NCBI GenBank assembly: GCA_963770895.1
Contig: CAVYRF010000002.1
Location: 3,968,001-4,032,000, forward strand
Direction: 5' to 3'
DNA length: 64,000 nucleotides
From: an uncultured Acidobacteriota bacterium
GTDB lineage: Bacteria; Acidobacteriota; Thermoanaerobaculia; Multivoradales; UBA5704
The position numbers were made by a program, and so were the translations under genes. Under the pieces are notes generated by a model. That model ran no database searches. It worked only from the letters and a program-made list of their open reading frames with translations, and was not told the DNA's origin. Each line of letters starts with the position of its first letter. The stretch's first letter is position 1. Shown here piece by piece: positions 18,574 to 28,101 of this stretch.

Positions 18574-20109
18574 TCAGGCCTGCGGCGGTGAGGGCGCTGC
18601 GACGGCGGCATTGGGGGCATTGGCGCCGGTGCCGCCGCGGGCCAGGCGCAGCAGCTGATCCATCTCGTCGTGGAAGCCGGCGACGATGGGCTGCGGATCG
18701 GGCACCAGGCCGGCGTCGACGCCGATGCCCAGGCGCACGTTGCCGTTGTAGCTGAGGATGGACACGCCGAGGCCGACGTGGCCGGACTGCGGCACCCAGA
18801 AGAAAATGTCGCGGATGGGCGTGCCGGCCAGGTAGAGGGTCTGCACCGGACCGGGGACGTTGGTCATCACCAGCGTCGCCTTGGTGGCGAAGATCCGCAC
18901 CGCCAGCCGCTGCAACGACACTGGGATGCGCCCCATGGCGCGCAGGATGCCGTAGACGGCCAGCGGCTCGGCCGACCGGCGCAGCGCCCGCGAACGCCGC
19001 CCGACCTCGGCCAGCCGCTGCAGCGGGTCCGCCAGACCCAGCGGCAGCGACAGAAAGATCAAGCCGAAGTGGTTGCCCAGCTGGGCCATGCGGTCGAGCG
19101 GGCGCAGGTTGACGGGCATCGCGGCGCGGATGTCCAGGCGCCTGGGCAGCGGATTCCCGTCCCGGTCGCCGCGCGCCGCCAGGTACCGGCGCAGCGCGCC
19201 GGTGGTGGCGGCCACCAGCACGTCGTTGACCGTGCCGCCCAGGGCGCGGCCGATCTCCTTGACTTCGGCCAGCGCCACCGGCGCCGACCAGGCCACGATC
19301 TTGGGCACCCCCAGCGGGCCCTTGAACGCCGTCGCCGGGTCGGCCGGCCGCCCGGTCAGCCGGCCCAGCGCCGGCACGCTCGCCAGCGCCGACAGCAGCG
19401 GCGCACGGCGCAGCGCGTCCGCCGGGTGTTGCAGCAGGCGCAGCAGCTCGGGCGCCAGCTGGCCGGCCAGCGCCCGGATGGCGCCGAGGTCGACCTCGGG
19501 ATGGCAGAACAGGTCGGTGAACGGATTGGTCCCCGGCAGGTCGGGCTGGTCCGGGTGGTTGGGCAGGTCGGGCTGGTCTGCCTGCACCACCGTGGCCGGT
19601 GGGCCGCCGGGCGCCATGTCGGTCAGCGACAGCAGCACCAGCATCAGGGCCACGCCGTCACCGATCGCATGATGGATGCGCGCCAGGAGCGCCGAACCGC
19701 CCAGGTACCCCTGGAACAGCCGCAGCTCCCACAGCGGCCGGTCGGCCGGCAGGGGCTCGCTCATCAGGGCGCCGATCGCAGCCTCCAGCGCGCGGTCGTT
19801 TCCCGGCGCCGGCAGCGTCACCTCCAGGACGTGGCGGTCGACGTCGAAGGCGGCATCGTCCTGCCAGCGCGTGTGCCGCTCGCTCACCACCCGTTGCCGG
19901 AAGCGCCGGATGGGCACCATCCGCCGCTCGACGATCGCCCGCACGCTCGCCAGCGTGACCGGCTGCGCCAGCACGAGCACGCCGTTGATCTGCATCAGGT
20001 TGGCCGGCTCGTCCATGCGCAGCCAGGCGTGGTCCACCGCCGCCACCGGCTCGGACGCCCCGGCCGCCACGCCGCGGGGCGTGGCCGAGGAAGGGCCGCT
20101 TGCGCTCAT
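18574..20109 (-). CDS. Wax ester synthase / diacylglycerol acyltransferase (WS/DGAT)
   Basis: VDHAWLRMD, RPLWE, HHAIGDG catalytic motif, GTVNDV, MPVNLR, TNVPGP, SYNG. Confidence 0.93.
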   Translation of the reverse strand: MSASGPSSATPRGVAAGASEPVAAVDHAWLRMDEPANLMQINGVLVLAQPVTLASVRAIVERRMVPIRRFRQRVVSERHTRWQDDAAFDVDRHVLEVTLPAPGNDRALEAAIGALMSEPLPADRPLWELRLFQGYLGGSALLARIHHAIGDGVALMLVLLSLTDMAPGGPPATVVQADQPDLPNHPDQPDLPGTNPFTDLFCHPEVDLGAIRALAGQLAPELLRLLQHPADALRRAPLLSALASVPALGRLTGRPADPATAFKGPLGVPKIVAWSAPVALAEVKEIGRALGGTVNDVLVAATTGALRRYLAARGDRDGNPLPRRLDIRAAMPVNLRPLDRMAQLGNHFGLIFLSLPLGLADPLQRLAEVGRRSRALRRSAEPLAVYGILRAMGRIPVSLQRLAVRIFATKATLVMTNVPGPVQTLYLAGTPIRDIFFWVPQSGHVGLGVSILSYNGNVRLGIGVDAGLVPDPQPIVAGFHDEMDQLLRLARGGTGANAPNAAVAAPSPPQA

Positions 20110-20185
20110 GGCGCAAGTGTAGCGGCAATGGTCCGCGCCCGCGACAGCGGCGCTGCGCAGAGCGATTTCGGGCGACGCGTTTACA

Positions 20186-21181
20186 ATGAGCGGCATGGAA
20201 ACGGGGGCGTTGCCGATCGGGCTGGACGACGTGCGTGCCGCGCGGGAGCGGTTGCGGCCGTTTTTGGTGCCGACGCCGCTGCGCGGATATCGCGCGCTGG
20301 ACGAGGAGATCGGCGGCGGGGTGCGGGTGCTGGTCAAGCACGAAAACCATCAGCCGACCAATGCGTTCAAGGTGCGCAATGCGCTGTCGGCGATGACGCT
20401 GCTGCCGGAGGCGGCGCGGCGGCGGGGCGTGGTGGCGGCGACGCGCGGCAACCACGGGGCGGCGGTGGCGTTTGCCGGCGAGCGGCTGGGCATCCCGGTC
20501 ACCGTCTGCGTGCCGTTCGGCAACAATCCCGAAAAGAACCGCGCCATGCGCGGCTACGGCGCCGAGCTGATCGAGCATGGGCGCGACTACGACGAAGCGC
20601 TGGCGCACGCCGAGCGGCTGGTGGCCGAACGCGGGGCGCACATCGTGCACTCGACGAACGATCCGGCGATCCTGGCCGGCGCCGCAACGATCACGCTGGA
20701 GATGCTGGAGGAGGCGGGCGACCTGGAGGCCCTGGTGGTGGCCGTGGGCGGCGGCTCGCAGGCGGTGGGGGCGCTGGTGGTGGCGGGGGCGCTGCGGCCG
20801 GGTCTCGCGGTGTACGCCGTGCAGGCGGCCGGGGCGCCGGCGATCTACGAGGGGTGGAAATGCGGCCGGCCGGTGCAGAAGGAGTCGGCGGAGACCTTTG
20901 CCGATGGGCTCGCCACCCGCGCCTGCTATCACCTGACGTTTACGGCGCTGTGCGGCGGCGGGCTGCGCGATTTCGTGCTGGCCAGCGAGGCGGAGCTGGC
21001 TGACGCCGTGCGCCTGGTGCTGCGCACCACGCACAACCTGGTCGAAGGCGCCGCGGCGGCGCCGTTCGCCGCCCTGCGCCTGCTGCGCGAGCGGCTTGCC
21101 GGCCAGCAGGTGGGGGTGATCCTGTCCGGCTCGAACATCGATCAGGTGACGCTGCGGCGCGTCCTGACACACGAGATGTGA
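20186..21181 (+). CDS. PLP-dependent threonine/serine dehydratase family protein
   Basis: [16 protein letters not shown] (PLP lysine), [19 protein letters not shown]. Confidence 0.92.
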   Translation: MSGMETGALPIGLDDVRAARERLRPFLVPTPLRGYRALDEEIGGGVRVLVKHENHQPTNAFKVRNALSAMTLLPEAARRRGVVAATRGNHGAAVAFAGERLGIPVTVCVPFGNNPEKNRAMRGYGAELIEHGRDYDEALAHAERLVAERGAHIVHSTNDPAILAGAATITLEMLEEAGDLEALVVAVGGGSQAVGALVVAGALRPGLAVYAVQAAGAPAIYEGWKCGRPVQKESAETFADGLATRACYHLTFTALCGGGLRDFVLASEAELADAVRLVLRTTHNLVEGAAAAPFAALRLLRERLAGQQVGVILSGSNIDQVTLRRVLTHEM

Positions 21182-21190
21182 GGTGCTGAA

Positions 21191-21910
21191 GTGCTGACCA
21201 CCATGACGGCGACGCAGCCCAAGCAGGAAGGCACCGGCCTGGTCATCGACGACGAACCGCAGATCCGCCGCGTCGTGCGCAACGCCCTGCAAGGGGAGCT
21301 GCGCCGCATCCTGGAGGCGGCCACCGGCAGCGAGGGGATCGATCTTGCGGCGGCGGAGGCGCCGGTGTTGATCGTGCTGGACCTGGGATTGCCCGACATG
21401 CCGGGGATCGACGTCTGCCGCGAGATCCGCCGCTGGTCGGATGCGGCGATCCTGGTGCTGTCGGCGCGCCAGTCGGATGCCGAAAAGGCGCAGCTGCTGG
21501 ACGCCGGGGCCGACGACTACGTGACCAAGCCGTTCAGCACCCTGGAGCTGACGGCGCGGGTGCGGGCCAATCTGCGGCGCGCGGCGGCGCAGGGCACCGC
21601 CGACCGGCGGCTGGAGATCGGCGACCTGGTGATGGACTTGACGGCGCGCACGGTGCGGCGCGGCGACAAGGCCATCCACCTCACGCCCATCGAATGGGAG
21701 CTGCTGCGCACGTTCGCCACGCAGGCCGGCCGCACCCTGACCCACCGGCAGCTGTTTCACGCGGTATGGGGCCGCGCCTTCGGCGATCCCCAGCAGTACC
21801 TGCGCGTCCACGTCGCCAACCTGCGGCGCAAGATCGAGCGCGACCCGGTGCGGCCGCAGGTGATCGTGACCGAACCCGGGGTGGGCTACCGCCTCGAGCA
21901 GCCGGGCTGA
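21191..21910 (+). CDS. KdpE-like OmpR-family response regulator
   Basis: DDEPQIRR, LDLGLPD, LDAGADDYVTKPF, QYLRVHVANLRRKIERDP..P..IVTEPGVGYR. Confidence 0.92.
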   Translation: MLTTMTATQPKQEGTGLVIDDEPQIRRVVRNALQGELRRILEAATGSEGIDLAAAEAPVLIVLDLGLPDMPGIDVCREIRRWSDAAILVLSARQSDAEKAQLLDAGADDYVTKPFSTLELTARVRANLRRAAAQGTADRRLEIGDLVMDLTARTVRRGDKAIHLTPIEWELLRTFATQAGRTLTHRQLFHAVWGRAFGDPQQYLRVHVANLRRKIERDPVRPQVIVTEPGVGYRLEQPG

Positions 21911-21914
21911 CGGC

Positions 21915-23525
21915 GTGCCGGCCGGCCTCAGGCAGGGCGGCGGCGTGCGGCTCGGTGGGCGTGGCAGCTGGCTGTTCTGGATCGCCACGCTGCTGCTGGT
22001 GACCGCGGCTCTGGTGTCGGTGCGCAGCGACCTGGACCAGGCGCACGCCACGCTGATCTACCTGCTGATCGTGCTGGGTGGCAGCGCGAGCGCCGGCCGC
22101 GCTCTGGGTTTCACCCTGGCCTGCGCGTCGGTTTTGATCATCGACTATTTTCTGCAGACCCCGTTTGACAAGCTGGCCATCGACAAGCCGCTCGATTGGC
22201 TGGTGCTGCTGGCGTTCCTGGTGACGGCGGCGGTGGCGACCCAGCTGCTGGGGCGCGCCAACGCCGAGGCCGAAGCGGCGCGCCGGCGCGCCGAGGAGAT
22301 CGACCGGCTGGCGGCATTGGGCGCCGAAACCCTCAACCTGGGCCGTGCCGACGACGCGCTGGAGGCGATCGTCAACGTCATCCGCCAGACGACCGGCGCC
22401 GAGGAGTGCCAGATCTACGCCGGTGGCAGCGCGAACGCCGGCACCGACGCGGCGGAGTTCCAGCTGGTCGCGGGGAAGGCCGGCGCGGCGCTCGCGCCGG
22501 CGAGCCTGGCGACGCTGGCGTCGGTCGCGGCCAAGCGGCGGGTGGCGACGGAGCGGCTGGACGGCACGCCGGTGCACAGCGGTGCCGCCCACGCCGGCGC
22601 GGCGCTCGACGCCGAGCTGGCGGCGGCGCGCACGCTGCTGCTGCCGCTGGTGGTGCACGAGCGCAGCGTCGGCGTGCTGCGGCTTGCCGACCGCGGCGGC
22701 CTGCGCCTGGACCCGGCGCGGCGCCGCTTCCTGGATGCGCTGTCGTACTACGCGGCGCTCGGCGTCGAACGCGTCCACCTGGTGGTGGAGGCCGAGCATG
22801 CCGAGGCGCTGCGCGAGGCCGACCGGCTGAAGGATGCGCTGCTCGCTTCCGTGTCGCACGACTTGCGCACGCCGCTCACCACCATCAAGGCGCTGGCGCA
22901 CGACATTTCCGGCTCCGGCGACGAGCGCGCGGCGGTGATCGAGCAGCAGGCGGACCGGCTGAACCATATGGTGGCGGACCTGCTGGACCTGTCGCGGCTC
23001 AACGCCGGGAGCGTGCCGGTCCACACCGAGATCAACGCTGCCGAGGACCTGGTGGGGGCGGCGATCCAGCAGGCGGCGGGCGCCCTGGCGGGGCGCGAGC
23101 TGCGCACCGCCCTGGAGCTGGGAGAGCCGATGCCGGTGGGCCGGTTCGACTTCGTGCACTCGCTGCGCATCCTGGTGAACCTGATCGAGAACGCGGTCAA
23201 GTATTCGCCGCCGGCGTCGCCCATCGAGATCTCGATGCGCGGCGAAGGCGACCTGCTGGCCATCGCCGTCGCCGACCGCGGCCGCGGCGTGGCGCCGGCC
23301 GAACGCGAGCGCATCTTCGAGCCGTTCTACCGCCCGGCCGGCGTGGCTCCCGACGGGCGCACCTCCGGCAGCGCAGGTTTGGGGCTGGCGATCGCCCGCC
23401 GCCTGGCCCAGGCCCAGGGCGGCACGCTGGTCTACGAAGATCGGCTGGGCGGCGGCAGCATCTTCACCTTGCGCCTGCCCTCGGCAAGCCTGGATCCCGA
23501 GGCGGTGGCCTGGGACGCGCCCTGA
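21915..23525 (+). CDS. KdpD-like sensor histidine kinase (DUF4118 TM, GAF-like, HisKA, HATPase)
   Basis: Four TM helices, LLASVSHDLRTPLT H-box, NLIENAVKYS, DRGRG, GLGLAI. Lacks the N-terminal KdpD/Usp domains. Confidence 0.9.
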   Translation: MPAGLRQGGGVRLGGRGSWLFWIATLLLVTAALVSVRSDLDQAHATLIYLLIVLGGSASAGRALGFTLACASVLIIDYFLQTPFDKLAIDKPLDWLVLLAFLVTAAVATQLLGRANAEAEAARRRAEEIDRLAALGAETLNLGRADDALEAIVNVIRQTTGAEECQIYAGGSANAGTDAAEFQLVAGKAGAALAPASLATLASVAAKRRVATERLDGTPVHSGAAHAGAALDAELAAARTLLLPLVVHERSVGVLRLADRGGLRLDPARRRFLDALSYYAALGVERVHLVVEAEHAEALREADRLKDALLASVSHDLRTPLTTIKALAHDISGSGDERAAVIEQQADRLNHMVADLLDLSRLNAGSVPVHTEINAAEDLVGAAIQQAAGALAGRELRTALELGEPMPVGRFDFVHSLRILVNLIENAVKYSPPASPIEISMRGEGDLLAIAVADRGRGVAPAERERIFEPFYRPAGVAPDGRTSGSAGLGLAIARRLAQAQGGTLVYEDRLGGGSIFTLRLPSASLDPEAVAWDAP

Positions 23526-23611
23526 TCTTCCGGCGGCCGGTCGCGGCGGTCGCGGTCATCGCGATCGTTACGGTCGTCGCGGCCCGTCGCCAGGCAGCCA
23601 GCATCGCCGGG

Positions 23612-23629
23612 CTTTGCGTTTTCTTTGTG
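23612..23629 (+). promoter_or_regulatory. Putative KdpE/OmpR-type tandem binding site
   Basis: CTTTGCG-TTTT-CTTTGTG direct repeat with 11-bp period; an isolated T-rich patch between the kinase and TolC genes. Confidence 0.5.
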
Positions 23630-23754
23630 CCGCCCCCGCTAAACCGGGTTGCCCGCCCCACGAGGGCTTGGTTAGCATCCTTGGGCCGTTGCCGGGGCGG
23701 CGGCGACGGCGCGCCGCCAGGAGCGGTCCAGATGGTGTCGGCGAGAGGAGATGA

Positions 23755-25188
23755 GTGCCAGCGAAGAAAGTTAGCAGGCGGCGGCAGTGCCGGCCGCGCC
23801 GCGCCGGCGAGGCTGCCGCCTGTCTCGCGGTGACGGTTGCGCTGGCACTGGCGTGCGGCGCGGCGGCGCCGGTTTGCGCCAGCGCTGCGAGTGCCGCTAC
23901 CGCTGCAGCCATCGCCGAAGCGCCGGCGGCGCCGGCGCTGGTCGCCGCGGCCGCGGTGGCGGCTCCGGCGGGCACGGACCTGGCGGCGGCGCCGCCGGGG
24001 TCGGTCGCCCAATTGAGCCTGCCGCAGGCGATCGACCTGGCGCTGCGGCAGAATCCGGGGCTTGCGGCGCAGGCGGCGACGGTGACGTCGACACAGGCGG
24101 GCGAGGTGACGGCGGCGCTGCGGCCCAATCCGGCGTTTTCCAACGGCACGGTCGATTTCACCGGCGGCGTGGCCTGGACCGTGGAGCGCGGCGGCAAGCG
24201 CCAGCGGCGGATCGCCAGCGCGCGCCTGGCGACCGCCGGCGCCCAACGCGACCTGGAGGACGCCCGCCGCACCTTGATCCTCAACGTCCGCACCACCTTC
24301 ACGGCGGCGCTGCTGGCGCGATTCGACGAGCAGGCGGCGCACGACAACCTGGCCAACTTCCAGCACGTCGAAGAGCTGAACCGCGTGCGCTTCAACCAGG
24401 GCGACATTTCGGGCGGCGACTTTCTCAAGATCGGTCTGCAGAAGCTGCAGTTCCAGACCGATCTGGAAGACGCCCAGCTGGCCTACCGCACCGCTCGCGC
24501 CAACCTGCGCCAGGCGCTGTTTGCGCCGCAGCTGGCGCAGGATTTCGAGGTCGAGGGCGAGCTGCAGACCGCGGCGCCCGTGCCGGCGCTCGCCGACCTC
24601 ACGGCGCGAGCCGTGGCGACGCGGCCGGACCTGTTGTCGGCAAAGCTGGCGGTCGACAAGGCCGAAGCCGACGCGCGGCTGGCGGAGGCCAACGCCAAGG
24701 TGGACGTGACGCTGTCGCTGGGCTGGATCCACACCGGCCAGCCGATCACCTCCGACGACCGGGTGCAGCCGTTTTTCAGCGCCGGTGAGAGCGCCAACGC
24801 GCTGGGCACCGGCGTCAGCTTCGACCTGCCGATCTTCAACCGCAACCAGGGCGAGATCGCCCGCACCCGCTCCGAGGTGGTGCGGGCGCGCGCCGCCGCC
24901 GAATCCGTGCGCGCCCAGGTCATCGCCGACGTCGAGACGGCCTACGTCGCCCTGGCCGCCAGCCGCGAGCGCGTCAGCCTGTACCAGGACGCCTACCTCA
25001 AGGCCTCCAGCGATTCCCGCGAGATCGCCGAGTTCGCCTACCACAAGGGCGCCACCTCGATCCTCGACCTGCTCGACGCCGAGCGCACCGACCGCGCGAC
25101 GCGCCTCGCCTACCGCCAAGCCCTGGCGGACTACGTCACCCACACCCAGCAGCTCGACGCCGCCGTCGGCGCCGAGCCGGCGCCGTAG
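23755..25188 (+). CDS. TolC/CzcC-family outer membrane efflux protein
   Basis: LSLPQAIDLALRQNP, LRPNP, ERGGKR..R, RPDL, LPIFNRNQGEIARA-like, GATSILDLLDAER. Start uncertain. Confidence 0.9.
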   Translation: MPAKKVSRRRQCRPRRAGEAAACLAVTVALALACGAAAPVCASAASAATAAAIAEAPAAPALVAAAAVAAPAGTDLAAAPPGSVAQLSLPQAIDLALRQNPGLAAQAATVTSTQAGEVTAALRPNPAFSNGTVDFTGGVAWTVERGGKRQRRIASARLATAGAQRDLEDARRTLILNVRTTFTAALLARFDEQAAHDNLANFQHVEELNRVRFNQGDISGGDFLKIGLQKLQFQTDLEDAQLAYRTARANLRQALFAPQLAQDFEVEGELQTAAPVPALADLTARAVATRPDLLSAKLAVDKAEADARLAEANAKVDVTLSLGWIHTGQPITSDDRVQPFFSAGESANALGTGVSFDLPIFNRNQGEIARTRSEVVRARAAAESVRAQVIADVETAYVALAASRERVSLYQDAYLKASSDSREIAEFAYHKGATSILDLLDAERTDRATRLAYRQALADYVTHTQQLDAAVGAEPAP

Positions 25189-25241
25189 CCAAGCCGCCGG
25201 CTCGCGGCTCTCCTCCCGCCCTTTCGCCCGCGCGCTGTAGA

Positions 25242-26897
25242 GTGATCCTCGTGCATCGGATCACGTTCCAGCCGCTGGAGGTCCGCCGCGACGGGATGAC
25301 CTGCCGGTGGCGGGTCGAGCCGGCCACGGCGCTCTACCAGCGGTGCTCGTTCGAGGTGCGGCTGCCCGCGGGGTTGGACGGGATGCAGGTGCCGCTCGAT
25401 GTCTGGTGGACGGTGGTGCTGCTGTGCCTGCATTCCCATTGGGCGCTGCTCGGGCGGTGCACGGTGTGCTTGCCGGTGCGGCTGCCGCCGGGGCAGGGGG
25501 AGTTCTGGCGGCGGCTGGTGGCGAGCGAGCGGATGACGCTTGCGGCCTATGTGCCGGGGGCGAACCCGGTGCTGGTGGCAGGGCCGGAGGCCGGCGGCGC
25601 GATGGGGGCGATGGGCGGTCCCGCAGCGACCCCGGGGATCGACGGGATCGCAGGGGTCGGAGCGATCGGATGGATCGAGGAGGGGCCGACGCTCGCGGCG
25701 GCGCCGCCGCTGGTGGAGGGTGGGCGCTGCGCGGCGGCGTTCAGCGGTGGCAAGGACAGCCTGTTGCAGGCGGCGCTGCTGGCGGAGCTGGGGTTGCCGG
25801 TGGTGCTGGTGGCGACGACGTCGCCGATGCCGCCGTTGCGCGACCACGAGACGGCGCGGCGCCGCCAGGTGATGGCGGCAATGCCGCGCCGGCGGGACGT
25901 GGAGCTGGTGGAAGTGGCGTCCGACCTGCGCTCGGCATGGAAGAACGACTTTCCTCCCGAGGTGGGGTTTCCGGTGTCGGTCAACGAGGTGACCGATACG
26001 TTTCTGTACACGGCGTCGATGCTGCTGGTGGCGGTGCTCTGCGGCGCCACGCACCTGTTCCTGGCGTCGGAAGCGGAGGTGCAGGACAACACCGCGCTGG
26101 CCGGCGGCGGGGTGGTGCAGCACACCCATTTCATGTACTCGGCGGCGACGCAGCGGGCGCTGGCGGCGCTGCTGGCGCCGCTGGGGGTGCGCTACGGCTC
26201 GCTCATCACCGCGCTGTACAGCGTGCAGGTGCAGACGCTGCTGTGGACACGCTACGGCGACCTGCGCGATCTCCAATATTCATGCTGGCGCGTGGGCGAC
26301 GGCGAGGCCACGTGCAGCCGCTGTTCGCAGTGCCTGCGCCTGGCGCTGACCGCGCTGGCGCTGGGCGACAACCCGGAGCGCATGGGGATCGACCTGGTGC
26401 GGCTGCTGCCGGCGATGCGCGACTGGTCGCCGGCCAAGGCATCCTCCCTGGCGGCGGTGCAGCCGGCCAGCGGTGCCGAGCTGCCCGCGGTGCGCATCAG
26501 CCAACGCCTGCGCCGCCAGGCGCTGCGCGCCCTGGCCGTCACGCCCACGGCGCGGGTGGCGGCGATGCTTGCCGCCGGCGGGCCGCACCGGTTGCTGCGC
26601 CGCGACGGCTGGCAGGCGTTGGCGGCCTATGCAGGCCTGCGCCGGCGGCTTGTCCTGGCGGCTCCCGGCGGCGCCCAGGCGCTGCTTGCGGACGTCGCCG
26701 CCGGCTATCGCACCGGCTTTGCCGCCCAGCTCGACCCGCTGGTGCGCGGCCGCGTCAGCGCCATCTTCGCCCAGCACTTCGCGCCCGAGCCGCTGGCCGC
26801 CCACGCCGGCATCCTGGCGCGCGGCGAAGCGCTCAGCGCCTGGATCGCCCAGCCGCTCGCTGCCGCGTCAGCCGGCGGCGGCGGTGCGGCGCGCTAG
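25242..26897 (+). CDS. Hypothetical PP-loop (adenine nucleotide alpha-hydrolase) protein with QueC-like Cys cluster
   Basis: FSGGKDS PP-loop and YSCW-x8-CSRCSQC motif; function unknown. Confidence 0.7.
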   Translation: MILVHRITFQPLEVRRDGMTCRWRVEPATALYQRCSFEVRLPAGLDGMQVPLDVWWTVVLLCLHSHWALLGRCTVCLPVRLPPGQGEFWRRLVASERMTLAAYVPGANPVLVAGPEAGGAMGAMGGPAATPGIDGIAGVGAIGWIEEGPTLAAAPPLVEGGRCAAAFSGGKDSLLQAALLAELGLPVVLVATTSPMPPLRDHETARRRQVMAAMPRRRDVELVEVASDLRSAWKNDFPPEVGFPVSVNEVTDTFLYTASMLLVAVLCGATHLFLASEAEVQDNTALAGGGVVQHTHFMYSAATQRALAALLAPLGVRYGSLITALYSVQVQTLLWTRYGDLRDLQYSCWRVGDGEATCSRCSQCLRLALTALALGDNPERMGIDLVRLLPAMRDWSPAKASSLAAVQPASGAELPAVRISQRLRRQALRALAVTPTARVAAMLAAGGPHRLLRRDGWQALAAYAGLRRRLVLAAPGGAQALLADVAAGYRTGFAAQLDPLVRGRVSAIFAQHFAPEPLAAHAGILARGEALSAWIAQPLAAASAGGGGAAR

Positions 26898-27158
26898 CGA
26901 ATCGGCGTCTCCCATTCCCTGAGCGAAGCGGCAGCAGCCAGCCTGTGCAAGCTGTGCCAGGCGACAGCCGCGACCCCGGCACTGCCCCTCCATCCCGATG
27001 ATCCACGCGCTCCGCTCGCCCCGGCGACACGGCAGGACTCGGCGCCGGCAAGCAGTGCCTGGCATAAGGCCTCCACTAACGGCTCAATCACCGTGCTGTC
27101 TTCGAGCAGATCCGCAGCAGGTTGCCGCTGCGCCCAGAGGCGCACGGCCATGCACTGG

Positions 27159-27362
27159 TTAACGATCCGCGAAGTCTCCTGCCGCCTCGAATTTCGGCGC
27201 GCGCACCAAGCGATCCTGGTGCTCGCGCTGCTGGGCCATGTAGTAGGCGACCAGCCGATAGGGGTTGTGGCCGAAGCGCTCAGAGATCCGGTGTCGCACG
27301 GCCCGAACGCGATCGATCTCCTCGTCGTCTTCTCCGAGGATAGGATCAGTTTGGGGAGTCAT
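27159..27362 (-). CDS. Small hypothetical protein, probable antitoxin of the adjacent PIN toxin
   Basis: 67 aa, DEEIDRVRAVRHRIS..FGHNP..LVAYY; overlaps the PIN gene 3' end by 17 bp. Confidence 0.65.
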   Translation of the reverse strand: MTPQTDPILGEDDEEIDRVRAVRHRISERFGHNPYRLVAYYMAQQREHQDRLVRAPKFEAAGDFADR

Positions 27363-27858
27363 TGGTTTCTCCTAACAGCTCGAGCGGCGTGGCCAGCACT
27401 GGAACGTACAGGCCGAGCAGACCGTTCACCCGCCGAAGGTGCCCAAACTTGTTGGCATTGGCGAGATGCTGACAGTTCCAGGTTACCAGAAAGTCGCACC
27501 GGTGATACGACGCCAGCGCGAGATGGAGGGCGTCCCCTGCGGGATCCGCGGGCATGAGCCTGTGGCGGACATAACCGGCGACGATCTCCGCCACGGCCTC
27601 GGTGATCTCGAGGAAGACCGGCAGACCAACGACCAAGGCCAACGCGGGCTCCCGACTCGGGTAGTCACCCTCGCGCAGCTCATCGAGGACCGCGTCGCTT
27701 GTGACCATGGAATAGCGGTCGCGGCCAACCTCCCACCAGCGGCGCGTCCATAGCCGGCGCGCCTGGGCCGCGGGTCCCGAACGGGTCGTATGGTAAAAGC
27801 TCGGGATCGTAGTCTCGACATAGACGCGGGGCTTGGGCATATCTTGCTCATCGCTCAT
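27346..27858 (-). CDS. PIN-domain (VapC-like) toxin
   Basis: VYVETTIPSFY, S..VLDEL, DALHLALAS, DFLVTWNCQHLANA, TPLELL. Start may be ATG 27840. Confidence 0.9.
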   Translation of the reverse strand: MSDEQDMPKPRVYVETTIPSFYHTTRSGPAAQARRLWTRRWWEVGRDRYSMVTSDAVLDELREGDYPSREPALALVVGLPVFLEITEAVAEIVAGYVRHRLMPADPAGDALHLALASYHRCDFLVTWNCQHLANANKFGHLRRVNGLLGLYVPVLATPLELLGETNDSPN

Positions 27859-28101
27859 GGCTTGCGTGTTCCCATCTTACTCCCCATGGTTTCTCCGTCG
27901 CAGGCGGAGTGCACCGTCTGGCATTCTTTTCCCTCGGCGCTCCCATCCCCACCGCACTGCCCTCCGCCGCCAACTCGCCGGGCGATCCAGGTTACGATAG
28001 CTGGGCATGTGGCCACCCACAGCCTTGCGTCGGAACAGGTGGTCGCCTTCGCCGGAATCCGCAAGCCAGGCTGGCAAGCTCAGCGATCGAGATTCAATGC
28101 C

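Noticed and set aside
19535-19578. 17-bp direct repeat within WS/DGAT
   Set aside because: An in-frame DQPDLP duplication in a linker; only two copies, so not CRISPR or an att site.
26946-26960. Sigma-54-like motif TGGCACAGCTTGCA on the minus strand
   Set aside because: GG-to-GC spacing is 8 rather than the required 10, and no co-oriented gene follows.
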